In this document: positions 1 through 8,952 of the stretch, piece by piece
How positions within the stretch are numbered: the first letter of the stretch is position 1
Layout: every line of letters starts with the position of its first letter
Assembly (NCBI GenBank): GCA_043820925.1
Contig: JBDRDL010000028.1
Location: 1 to 40,724 of the forward strand
DNA length: 40,724 bases
Origin: Methanobacteriota archaeon
GTDB taxonomy: Archaea > Hydrothermarchaeota > Hydrothermarchaeia > Hydrothermarchaeales > JACRDW01
Direction of reading: 5' to 3'
Translations under genes and position numbers: made by a program
The notes under the pieces: model-generated
Told to the model about the DNA's origin: nothing
The model's database searches: none
What the model saw: only the letters and a program-made list of their open reading frames with translations

Positions 1-44
1 TTCCACCACTCGTTGAAGCGTACCATCCACGCAGCTATATCCAT
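1..44 (-). CDS. 5' end of a gene running off the window, probably an archaeal AAA+ (AAA_14/DUF4143-type) ATPase
   Basis: Reads MDIAAWMVRFNEWW; the NxWW N-terminal motif is typical of this family; TATA-like TTTATATA on the minus strand at about 67-74. Confidence 0.45.
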   Translation of the reverse strand, partial: MDIAAWMVRFNEWW

Positions 45-426
45 AACAAATCAGCCAACTTTCAAGTATATAAATGTTATGATTAACTCAAAATTTAAAA
101 ATACGTTAATTATAGATAACGTAAATAGGATTTAGGTAGGGTATTGCGGCGGGGCAGCGGAGGGTTAGAGGATGGTGGATGGAGGAGGTGGGCAATCAAG
201 GGGGTTTTAAAATCAAAGCCTTTTTGTTTCGAGTATGGAATTCTTGTTACCCAGTAGTGTTTCTCTTTCCTGCCGAGGTTTTTAGATACTCTTTCAAAAT
301 ACTGTGCTTCTCCGTGTTCGTGAATTGAAAAACACTTTTATCCATTTATCTTTTCAAGCATTTTCTCTCCTCATGGTAAAAGTGTGCTTGGTAGGGTTGA
401 GATGAGAAGGGACATAAAATAACAGA

Positions 427-2682
427 TTAAATGATATTTTCATCTATCTCTCTCCTTGGAAAGATTACGCCAATCCTCTCATCATACTCCACTTTTGCTA
501 TCACCAAATCATCTTGGAAATCAAAAATATTTGCAGATTCGTTGAATAGTGGAATCCTTACAGAATATCTAACGCGCTTAATTTTCTTGTCCAAGCTTTT
601 AATTTCTTCTTCAAACTGTTTAGGGATAGCATCGATCGTTAAATATTTTGAAGGACGTGTGGTGAGTTTTTGTATAGTCTTATCTTTAGCGGAGAGGGTA
701 TACACATAAGACAAGTTGCCCTCCACATAATCTATCAAATCTCTGACAGTTTCTAATTCTTTTCTAAAATCGGTATCTGCATACACTTCGTTTACCGCTT
801 GGAGTAGTTCCTTTTCTGATGGTTTGTTGCTTTTATTTTGGAGCGAATTATGACTTTTTTTCACTACGTCTTTAGGATATACATAAAAAGAGCTTTTAGT
901 TGGTTTGTAGATAAACGCCTTCGTCTCTTCTTTTTTGCCTCTTCGATTTACCCTTCCAAAGCGCTGAACAAGAGCGTCTATTGGGCACATTTCAGTATAA
1001 AGTAAATCAAAATCTATATCAAGGCTTACTTCCACCACCTGCGTTGTAACTGCGACAAATCCCCCAAAAGGTAGGTTTTCCAGTTGGTTCTCTTTTATCA
1101 TCCGGTGATAAAGAATAAATTGTGAGTGAAAAAGCATAAGGTCAAAAGAGGGGATTTTATCTATTAGGAATTTGTACATCTCTTTAGCGGTTCTTATGGT
1201 ATTGCAAACCACCAATACCTTCCTTCCATTTCGATAGTTCTCTATAATGTCTTCCTTTGCTCCAAATATCTCCTCATTGTATCTCCAAACAATTTCTACT
1301 CGGTGTGACTCATCGAAAGAAGCATCGTGAGGTATTTCACCTAAATGCAATTCATCTTTTAAAAATGTCTTAAGTCCATCAGGAAATGTTGCACTCATGA
1401 ACAAGGGGATTGCACCTAAAGATCGAAGAAACTTGGTTGCTTCTACAATTAAAGCAATTGTATAAGGTTCATAACAGTGTATCTCATCAAAAATCAAAAC
1501 AGAATCGGCAGCATTTGAAAGCTTTGAGTCCCATCGCCCCCAATTAAACAGAATGAAAAGTAATTGGTCCACTGTAAGGATTGTAGATTTGTGAACAAAA
1601 GCCCTACAAAAAAGAGAGTTCCATATAAACTCCCAAGAATTTTGATAATCTTTTTCCGAGAGCAAAAGATAATCCGATGTTCCGTGCACGATGCCAATAT
1701 TCTCACCTAAAATAAGTGGATGCCTCATCCGCTCATACATCTTATTAGTGGTGGTCATTGTAGGCATCAGGTAAAGTAATTTCTTCCCTACTCCATTGTT
1801 GATTGCCCAGAGGAGTGATGCTTCTGTTTTACCTTTGCCAGTGGGTGCTTGTAATATCGCTCCTCCTTGGTAATTTCTACAAGCTTTTTGAAACACATGC
1901 CAGGCGAATGTCTCTTTACCAATTCTTTCGCAAACTGCCCTTTTTATATTCTCTTCCTTTATTGTCGGAGAATACTCGAAGGAGAAAGTATCGCCTTGAG
2001 AAGAATACCAATCACAATAATGAAGAATATCCTTTAGATAAGCAAAGAGGATGCGAGCTTTTTTTGCTTCTTGTTTTCTCAATACCCGAATAAAATCATT
2101 TGCTATGGCGTATTCATTAAATATCTCGCTATATTTTTTTGGATAAGTAAAAGAGAGCTCAAATAATTCTCCGAAATGTTCTTCAAATTTTGGTTGGATA
2201 GTCTCTTCAGATATTCTTTTAATAACATCCTGAATAATAGGGGGAAACTCTACGTTAGTCTCGGTCTCGCAATCTTCAAACTTTCCTTGTTTAAATGGAG
2301 AATGATGATTTGCCACTATTAAAGCTTCTATTGGTATACTCCTTTTTCTTCCACTTCTTTCCCCCTCAATCCAACTATAATGAGAACAAGCTTGTTGAGT
2401 AAACCAGAAGGATAGGAATGCATGGCTCTTTCTTTTTCCCTCTTTTCTAATATATTTTTGAAAACTCACAGACGCTTTTCCGATATCATGTAAAGCAACG
2501 CAAAAAAACGCACTTTTCCAGAATTCTTCCTCCGGAAGTGAATATATCTCGCAAAACTTTCTTGTGCTACCTTCTTTAAAGTTTTTTACGTTTTTAAATA
2601 AATTGAGAGAATCCTCGATATGCTTGTATAAAGGGATATCAGGGTCCTTTTTAGCTAAGATTTCATTATAAGAATACAACAT
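427..2682 (-). CDS. cas3: CRISPR-associated Cas3 (HD nuclease fused to SF2 helicase)
   Basis: HD motifs LYKH, ALHDIGK, ANHH, CDW; helicase motifs APTGKGKT, DEIH, MSAT, QRFGRVNR; follows cas5. Confidence 0.97.
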   Translation of the reverse strand: MLYSYNEILAKKDPDIPLYKHIEDSLNLFKNVKNFKEGSTRKFCEIYSLPEEEFWKSAFFCVALHDIGKASVSFQKYIRKEGKRKSHAFLSFWFTQQACSHYSWIEGERSGRKRSIPIEALIVANHHSPFKQGKFEDCETETNVEFPPIIQDVIKRISEETIQPKFEEHFGELFELSFTYPKKYSEIFNEYAIANDFIRVLRKQEAKKARILFAYLKDILHYCDWYSSQGDTFSFEYSPTIKEENIKRAVCERIGKETFAWHVFQKACRNYQGGAILQAPTGKGKTEASLLWAINNGVGKKLLYLMPTMTTTNKMYERMRHPLILGENIGIVHGTSDYLLLSEKDYQNSWEFIWNSLFCRAFVHKSTILTVDQLLFILFNWGRWDSKLSNAADSVLIFDEIHCYEPYTIALIVEATKFLRSLGAIPLFMSATFPDGLKTFLKDELHLGEIPHDASFDESHRVEIVWRYNEEIFGAKEDIIENYRNGRKVLVVCNTIRTAKEMYKFLIDKIPSFDLMLFHSQFILYHRMIKENQLENLPFGGFVAVTTQVVEVSLDIDFDLLYTEMCPIDALVQRFGRVNRRGKKEETKAFIYKPTKSSFYVYPKDVVKKSHNSLQNKSNKPSEKELLQAVNEVYADTDFRKELETVRDLIDYVEGNLSYVYTLSAKDKTIQKLTTRPSKYLTIDAIPKQFEEEIKSLDKKIKRVRYSVRIPLFNESANIFDFQDDLVIAKVEYDERIGVIFPRREIDENII

Positions 2683-3439
2683 TTCTATCCTCTTCAGGAT
2701 CGTAATATGTATTTTTTATTGGTTCTTCTATTTTGATTTTATATCCGCCTGTAAGGAAAGTAAATTCTCCTTCATCTTTCGGTTTTCTAATTTTATCAAT
2801 AATTTCAAATCTGTGAGGTAATTTTTGACAGATATACGGTTTAAAAGTTCCTTCTAAAACGATCCCTCTTTTAACCTTATTTATATTGAAAGGAAGTAAA
2901 ATGTTATGAAGCAGTATTGGATACTTTGGTTCGATAAGTGGCAGAATACTTAAAGATTCTATTCTAACCAATTCATCATCTCTTCCCAAAGAAAGAGGAA
3001 AAACGGGATTTCCAAATTTCTCCATCATATGTCTCAGTAAATCACCTTCATCAGAAGAAACATAGATAACGTACCGGGGTCTGTAAAGTTGTTCTCTCAC
3101 TATTGGAATTCTAGTAAATGTCCATCCTTCTAAGAAAAGAACTTCTATTTCTCTTTCTGCCTTGCCTTTTATGCTTTTTATTGTTCGCCAAGCTTCCTTT
3201 ACTTTTCCATCGATTGTGTTAGCAAGAATAGCAACCTTTACCCTATCCACGAAGGGTTTTTCTTTACCATTCCACCCCCACCTATGATATATTTGTTCTT
3301 CTTTAAGTCCTAAGGCGCTTCCTACAAATCCAAGTAAAGTAGTTTTAGGTGGGAACTCGTAGGTGCGATGATACTTTTGATCTTTCACCCACTTGAATGA
3401 TGCGAAGCCACTAACCGTTTTAATTTTTATGGCATCCAT
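2666..3439 (-). CDS. cas5: Cas5, type I-B
   Basis: N-terminal RAMP motif ASF...TYEFPPKTTLLGFVGSALG; LSLGRDDE; lies between cas7 and cas3. Confidence 0.93.
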   Translation of the reverse strand: MDAIKIKTVSGFASFKWVKDQKYHRTYEFPPKTTLLGFVGSALGLKEEQIYHRWGWNGKEKPFVDRVKVAILANTIDGKVKEAWRTIKSIKGKAEREIEVLFLEGWTFTRIPIVREQLYRPRYVIYVSSDEGDLLRHMMEKFGNPVFPLSLGRDDELVRIESLSILPLIEPKYPILLHNILLPFNINKVKRGIVLEGTFKPYICQKLPHRFEIIDKIRKPKDEGEFTFLTGGYKIKIEEPIKNTYYDPEEDRNVVFL

Positions 3440-3456
3440 CCTACTTCAATCTTCTC

Positions 3457-4431
3457 CTATGGGATGTTGCTATTTACGTCTTTTAGCATGTTCTCAAATG
3501 CATCTCTTAGAGAAAGCACAGTTATTGAATTTTCCGCACCATCCCTACCTTTGTATTTAAGCGTCTTACCTACAGAAAAGCCTCCGAAACCTTCAGCAGT
3601 TCCTATTATTACTTTCTCCACAATATGAGATTCATCTTCCAATGTTTTTGTTATACATTCTTCCCTGACCTTTTCATCTTCTGCGTCCATTTCAAGGCGT
3701 TCGAGAAAAATAGGCTTTTTAGCGGTTTGGCGAGTGTACATCACTAACTTTGGAGAAATGTCAGTTAGATAACGTGCCTGTTTTCCCCCTCCCCAGAGGT
3801 CATGAATTGCATTTATCAAAGCTTCGATACGGCCCACCTTACTTTTTTGGGGATTGTCTTTGTTTTCTTTGGGCAGATTTTGCGGAGCTTTATCTTTGCC
3901 GTAATAGTCCTCTTCGAAGACCCCTATTCTGTCTAGTTCGACGAGAATGCTGGAATGGAAGTAATTATAGTAAATTTCTGTTTCAAATGGAGGCATCATT
4001 TTAGTTGGGTCCTTCTTCCCTTCTTCTGTAATTCTGACCCCTAAATCTCTATCATCTTGGAACGGGAAGAAACCGATAGCTGGGGAAACCCTCACAGGAG
4101 ATGTGCGCTTTTTTCCATTACCAGCAGCTAATAGAAACCCAAAAAGGTCGTCGTCTATGTATTCATATGGGTCCCACGCTGAAGATGCTGCTCTACCAAT
4201 AGCGGTCTTTGTTTGTTTTACCGGTGAGATGGGCCATCCCATTTCCCTCCATTTATCCCGGATGTAATACCGCATCGCTTGTCCTGAGATGTAGGGAAGT
4301 TCTCTTCCACTGGGTAAGGTTATTTTCTTCACTATTGTGATGTTGTCTTCTGAAAAACTTGAATTTATACTTCCCACAGAGGTCTTAAAGACCGAAACGA
4401 TGTTTACGCAATTCGATACCATTTCACTCAT
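3457..4431 (-). CDS. cas7: Cas7 (Cst2/DevR family), type I-B
   Basis: PYISGQAMRYYIR, YIDDDLFGF, RTSPVRVSPA; start moved to ATG 4431 (MSEMV), just after the preceding stop. Confidence 0.93.
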   Translation of the reverse strand: MSEMVSNCVNIVSVFKTSVGSINSSFSEDNITIVKKITLPSGRELPYISGQAMRYYIRDKWREMGWPISPVKQTKTAIGRAASSAWDPYEYIDDDLFGFLLAAGNGKKRTSPVRVSPAIGFFPFQDDRDLGVRITEEGKKDPTKMMPPFETEIYYNYFHSSILVELDRIGVFEEDYYGKDKAPQNLPKENKDNPQKSKVGRIEALINAIHDLWGGGKQARYLTDISPKLVMYTRQTAKKPIFLERLEMDAEDEKVREECITKTLEDESHIVEKVIIGTAEGFGGFSVGKTLKYKGRDGAENSITVLSLRDAFENMLKDVNSNIP

Positions 4432-4432
4432 T

Positions 4433-4780
4433 TTATACCACGCTCCTTTTTCTTTTTTTAAACAGAACATCAGCTTCTTTGTCCATAGCAAAGAGATCTA
4501 TTAGTGCCTTGTATTCTCTCCACTCCATTGGATGGCGAGAGAGATGTTCAAAGAACTCTTTTTTAATATCTATATGAATGGGTATTCTCTTCCCCTCTAT
4601 CTCAATTTCATATCCCTCCACTTTATGTTTTATTCGCTCTAAAGCTTCTAAGAATTTGTCATACCGTTTGCATCTTCTTAAGTCATAAAGAACTGATTTC
4701 TGTTCGATGCTGCCGCAATATAGGCCGATTTGTGCCCCTATTTTTTCGCAATAATCTATCGTTTCTTTCTTATCCCACAT
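4433..4780 (-). CDS. Small helical subunit, Cas11b-like (separated C-terminal domain of Cas8b)
   Basis: 115 aa between cas8 and cas7; own RBS GAGGTGA; same reading frame as cas8. Confidence 0.7.
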   Translation of the reverse strand: MWDKKETIDYCEKIGAQIGLYCGSIEQKSVLYDLRRCKRYDKFLEALERIKHKVEGYEIEIEGKRIPIHIDIKKEFFEHLSRHPMEWREYKALIDLFAMDKEADVLFKKRKRSVV

Positions 4781-4795
4781 AGTTCCTTCACCTCT

Positions 4796-6193
4796 TTAGC
4801 TATATCTTCCAATGTTGTAAAGTTTTACAAATCTAGCAAAGTTCATTATTTTTTCTCCTTTTTTATACATAATTTTCTCTGCAATTTCATTTAAAGGAGC
4901 ATTTTTAATTATACGCTCTGAAAAAGCTTCTCGATAGAAGTTGTTATAATCATTATCTCCTTCCTTTACTACAAGATTAGAAAACATAGACATGAAATTA
5001 ATTCCCTGATTTTCCAAGCTTTCATATAGTTTAAATAGACGGGACATCTCATCAAATACTGTATTATTTTTGAAAGATACACTCTTGCCAGAGATACTAC
5101 CTAAGAAAAAGTACCATATCTTAGTTGAAGCAACATTTAACCTCTTGCTTGCATCTACCGTCTCTTTCAAAGACCGACACAGTTCGTAACTAAAAGCTAA
5201 AATTGTCTCATTCAGATATTGATACTTATACCCACCCTCAAAAATGTTAGAGGAGTCGCTTAATCTTCTTTCTTCTATTATCCCCCTTACATCTTTCCAG
5301 AACTCTTCTATCTCATCTAAAGAGGATGCGTGAGGTATTGCCATAAAGAGAGTCTTTTTTCTTCTGTTAATGTTAAAGAAGATTCTATTAATAGCAAAAA
5401 GAGAGGCAGCCTCGCATAAACTGCACATTTTTAAATCTAAGGATAGATTGGAATAGAAATTGCTCCAATTTTTAACTGGTACAAGAAAAGGATAATTATT
5501 AGAATGAATATTTGATGTAGCAAAAGGGGAACCACAAAATGTACAAATTTCTTTTCTCTCAGGGTTGAAATTTGGTTGATAAGGCCAGTTATATTGCGGG
5601 CGAGAGCAGTAAATACGTCCTTTGTCATCGATCTTAAAATCAATTTTGTCCTTCTGTTCCTCATAGCTATCTCTTATATTATCCCATATTCCCTGTTTAT
5701 TTTTTGGGAAATCACATTTCTGATATTTAGGTTTCAGATCGCCACCACTAAAGAGTGCATTTACAACGTTTACTAAATTAATTTTAGGCACAATTTCAAA
5801 ATCATCTTTTTCATTGTTGTAAATACAAACTTTATTCTTCGCAGATTGAATATACCGTTCGTTCTTAATTTTTTCAAATATCTTTTTCAGAAAATTTTCT
5901 ATTTGGTCGGGAGACGGAGCCGTGATGGCGTAATTCTTTCTATTAATCTCCACTTCAGTATTTTGTATTTCTTGGGATTCGATGTAGTCCCAGAGAGCTA
6001 CAACCCCAGCATCGATCCAAGGATCGCCCGTAAAAACTTGCTTAATTTTAAACCTTTCCGCCTCTTCACTCACCCTTCCTCTCTCTTTCCCTTCCGCCGC
6101 AGTCCCTGCGGAGGTTCGTGCTAAACTGCTTGACATTGATTCTGCCTCGCCCCCTTGTTGCGCTCTCCAGGCTCTACATATTAATTTTGTCAT
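4796..6193 (-). CDS. cas8b: Cas8b1/Cst1-like large subunit (start uncertain: ATG 6193 or GTG near 6073)
   Basis: FTGDPWIDAG N-terminal motif, CxxC...CxxC (ICTFCG, MCSLCE), NFYSNL; operon position. Confidence 0.85.
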   Translation of the reverse strand: MTKLICRAWRAQQGGEAESMSSSLARTSAGTAAEGKERGRVSEEAERFKIKQVFTGDPWIDAGVVALWDYIESQEIQNTEVEINRKNYAITAPSPDQIENFLKKIFEKIKNERYIQSAKNKVCIYNNEKDDFEIVPKINLVNVVNALFSGGDLKPKYQKCDFPKNKQGIWDNIRDSYEEQKDKIDFKIDDKGRIYCSRPQYNWPYQPNFNPERKEICTFCGSPFATSNIHSNNYPFLVPVKNWSNFYSNLSLDLKMCSLCEAASLFAINRIFFNINRRKKTLFMAIPHASSLDEIEEFWKDVRGIIEERRLSDSSNIFEGGYKYQYLNETILAFSYELCRSLKETVDASKRLNVASTKIWYFFLGSISGKSVSFKNNTVFDEMSRLFKLYESLENQGINFMSMFSNLVVKEGDNDYNNFYREAFSERIIKNAPLNEIAEKIMYKKGEKIMNFARFVKLYNIGRYS

Positions 6194-6819
6194 AGCTTTC
6201 TTCTGACAGTCTTGCCTCCTTTTGACTTCTTCTCTTTTATGAATTCTTCCACTAAGCTGCCGATGTGGGCGGCTAACTTTGAGATGTTCTCGTTCATCGC
6301 TCTCAGTTCTTTGGAAACAACATCGTATTTGCTGTCTAAATCTTTGAAGTTGGAGTCAGTTTTTGCGAAGCCGGTGTCGATTTTCTCGCCAACATCAACC
6401 ACGTTTTTTCCAACGGTGTCGATTTTATTCCCTAAGGTTTCGAAGTTCGAGTCCATCTTGGAGAAGCCGGCGTCTACTGACTCTCTAACGGCTATGAGCT
6501 CCCGTCTTCCTGCACCTATGCTTTCTGTAAGCTCTTCTTGGATATCTCCATATCCTATTTCAAAATGCTTTAATTCTCCAGTTGGCTCCTCAAAAGTTGT
6601 GGTAATTTTCTTTACCTCGATTAGCCCGTCTTTTATTTCGATGGCTTTGATGAATTTTTCAACGCCCTGCTTCTCGCCCTCGCAGACTATTTCAACTTCT
6701 CCGCTCTTCAGGTTTCTTGCCCTGCCCGCGATGCCCAGCTCTCTCGCTGCTTCCTGCACTTTCTCTCTATAGCCAACCCTCTGGACTTTTCCTCCCACGG
6801 TTATTCTGGCTCTAATCAT
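6190..6819 (-). CDS. Acylphosphatase domain with a long C-terminal coiled-coil extension
   Basis: GKVQRVGYR phosphate-binding loop and Asn in ARNLKSGEVEI; about 115 aa heptad-like tail (KIDTVG..KIDTGF, MDSNF..TDSNF). Confidence 0.85.
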   Translation of the reverse strand: MIRARITVGGKVQRVGYREKVQEAARELGIAGRARNLKSGEVEIVCEGEKQGVEKFIKAIEIKDGLIEVKKITTTFEEPTGELKHFEIGYGDIQEELTESIGAGRRELIAVRESVDAGFSKMDSNFETLGNKIDTVGKNVVDVGEKIDTGFAKTDSNFKDLDSKYDVVSKELRAMNENISKLAAHIGSLVEEFIKEKKSKGGKTVRRKL

Positions 6820-6919
6820 ATTATGGTGCTCCTCTGCTTGAGCTGCATATAAAACTCTCGCCCATCCCGAGTCCTCCAGTATTTAAATTGTTTTTTGCAT
6901 ATATAAATCTGACCTCAAT

Positions 6920-6944
6920 CGCTGGGGCAGGATTCGAACCCCGG
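6920..6944 (-). other. tRNA 3'-end-like fragment (T-loop and acceptor strand only)
   Basis: Minus strand CCGGGGTTCGAATCCTGCCCCAGCG; no D or anticodon arm because the cas6 stop lies just upstream. Confidence 0.55.
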
Positions 6945-6957
6945 ACGCGAAGCGAGG

Positions 6958-7698
6958 TTATTTTCTGATATTCATAAACCCAAAGCCTATGCTGTTGAGC
7001 TCGCCAAAGCCTGCGTCGAGACCGAACTGCAGGAGCTTCTGCTTTTCTCTATCAATGTAGCCGAAGATGAACTCCCAGAGCGAGGCGATTATGCTAACGT
7101 TTTTTCCATCTATCGGTATGGGAATAGAGACGGGTTTTAGGAATTTGAACTGCTCGAAGATTTGAGATGGTTCTGCGGGCAACCCGTAAAATTCGCTGTA
7201 CTTCTTGAAGAGGTTGTCCTCGAGCTGGCGGAGGAAGGCGTTGAAGGAGTAGTTTTTTCTCCAGTAGAGGTAGTCGTAGTTTTTTGGTGGAGAAATGCCG
7301 TACTCGGCATAGTTCTCTTTTGGTATTCTGATGACAATCGGGGTGCCGGTTTTAAGGGTGCAGGATTTTGTGATTTTTGGATTCAGGGCAGCGACTTCTT
7401 TTATTCTGAAGAGCATCTCGCCTATGGCTGCTTGCTCCAGCTTCGTTAATCTGTTTTTGAAAGTTTCGATGAGTTTTTCGTCTGGCGAAGAAATCATAAA
7501 CCGCCTTTCATCGCCGCTCTTGAAATCACTTGCAGGAAAGATGTTTGAAAAAGAGAAGAATTTGTAGGCTTTCTTGTCGTGCAGGCTGCTGTATTCTGTA
7601 TCTTTCAGCAGGGAATAAACAAAGCCCTGCATTTTGGGGTAGTAAGTAATATCGTATGCGCAGTCTTTGAGCGCTTTAAGTTTGATTAGCAGTCTCAT
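6958..7698 (-). CDS. cas6: CRISPR pre-crRNA endoribonuclease Cas6
   Basis: LHDKKAYKFFSFSNIF, ISSPD, TPIVIRI, C-terminal G-loop GFGELNSIGFG. Confidence 0.95.
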   Translation of the reverse strand: MRLLIKLKALKDCAYDITYYPKMQGFVYSLLKDTEYSSLHDKKAYKFFSFSNIFPASDFKSGDERRFMISSPDEKLIETFKNRLTKLEQAAIGEMLFRIKEVAALNPKITKSCTLKTGTPIVIRIPKENYAEYGISPPKNYDYLYWRKNYSFNAFLRQLEDNLFKKYSEFYGLPAEPSQIFEQFKFLKPVSIPIPIDGKNVSIIASLWEFIFGYIDREKQKLLQFGLDAGFGELNSIGFGFMNIRK

Positions 7699-8816
7699 TT
7701 TAATTCCTCCATAAGCAGAGAGGGGTCAGATATTTCAAGCCTGAAGGCGTTTGCTAGTCTTTCAATGTTTTCTGCAACCTTCTCTGGCTCCGCTTCGCTT
7801 GTTTGAAACTCGAGCAGGCGCTTGCGCTCTATCGGACAGGAGACGAGTCCGGTTTTATAATGAATGCTGAAGGGCGCTCTAACATCTCCGTTGATTTTCA
7901 TGCTGCTCCAGTCGATTAAAATCTGGTCTGCCCGCTCTTCTTTTTTTGCGACGGTTGAAGTGGTTACAGGTTTGCCCTTTCCAACGATTCTGTAGAACTC
8001 TTCTAAAATTTTGTTGGGCAGCTCCTGAATTTTTTTCTCTGCTCTTTCCTGCACGGCAACTGCAAGTCTGCGGTACAGCGCAAAGAGGTCAGCATGCAGC
8101 TTCGAGTTATCCAGCTTCGACCATATCTGCACTCCCCTCGAGCCTGAAAATTTTATGTTAGGGATTATTTCGCATTCCTCCAATACTTCTGCTACTTTTT
8201 CAGCAGCCATCTTCAGCAGCTCAAATCCCTTTGCGTAATTCTTGAAAGCCTGCCCGGCATCCAAGTCAAGAACGAACCAGTCCGGCTGCGAAGCATCGAG
8301 CTTGTGAATGTAAGGTATGAAATCGACTGCATGGGCGTCTACATAGCGCAGAAGCTCTTCCTCGCTGGTTATCTGAATAAAAACAGGCTCTGGCTTGTAT
8401 CTGGCGTATCTCACGAAGAGAGGCTTGATTTTGTTGACTGGATTATTCTCATCGCTGAATATCTTCACAACGCTCGTAGCCCTGCCCTCGAGAAATGGAA
8501 CCAGAGCTTCAGCTGCCTTTGGATAGTAATCCTTTGCTTTTAAAACCATGCGATAGGACAAGTTCAGCTCACTTCCAACCTCCCCTAACCTTTCCCTGAT
8601 TTTCCGGATGCCTTTTTCAGTTATAACATAGCCATTTTGCTTTTCTGAAATCAATTTTCTATATATTAATTCATCAAGAATTTTTTTGACTTCATTTTCA
8701 GAAATTTCTTTTCCATCTCTTATTATCTTCTCAGCTATGTGCTCGAAATCAACTATCTTTCCAGTTTCCTTAATCGAAAGCAAGAGCAACATGCGGTCTT
8801 CGGGCGTTGCGGGCAT
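7695..8816 (-). CDS. Winged-helix plus archaeo-eukaryotic primase (LigD-Pol/PrimPol-like) protein
   Basis: AEP motifs PDWFVLDLD, KFSGSRGVQIW, ILIDW, APFSIH..TGLVSCPI; N-terminal wHTH ending GYVITEKG; ATGA overlap with cas6. Confidence 0.85.
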   Translation of the reverse strand: MPATPEDRMLLLLSIKETGKIVDFEHIAEKIIRDGKEISENEVKKILDELIYRKLISEKQNGYVITEKGIRKIRERLGEVGSELNLSYRMVLKAKDYYPKAAEALVPFLEGRATSVVKIFSDENNPVNKIKPLFVRYARYKPEPVFIQITSEEELLRYVDAHAVDFIPYIHKLDASQPDWFVLDLDAGQAFKNYAKGFELLKMAAEKVAEVLEECEIIPNIKFSGSRGVQIWSKLDNSKLHADLFALYRRLAVAVQERAEKKIQELPNKILEEFYRIVGKGKPVTTSTVAKKEERADQILIDWSSMKINGDVRAPFSIHYKTGLVSCPIERKRLLEFQTSEAEPEKVAENIERLANAFRLEISDPSLLMEELK

Positions 8817-8952
8817 GCTTATTTTTTATAGCATAGGGAATTATAAGTTTATCGGAATTCTTTTAGGGATACCTTTTTAAGCAAAAAATACATATATTAT
8901 GGTAGTCGTTAGAGTTAATCCCTGCTCTTTTCATCTGGGCTGAGGGGAAACC

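Noticed and set aside
1..20. CCACTCGTTGAAGC resembles a CRISPR repeat end
   Set aside because: Single copy, better explained as coding sequence (RFNEWW) on the minus strand
140..205. G-rich tract as a G-quadruplex or array
   Set aside because: Irregular G runs with no periodicity; no function can be supported
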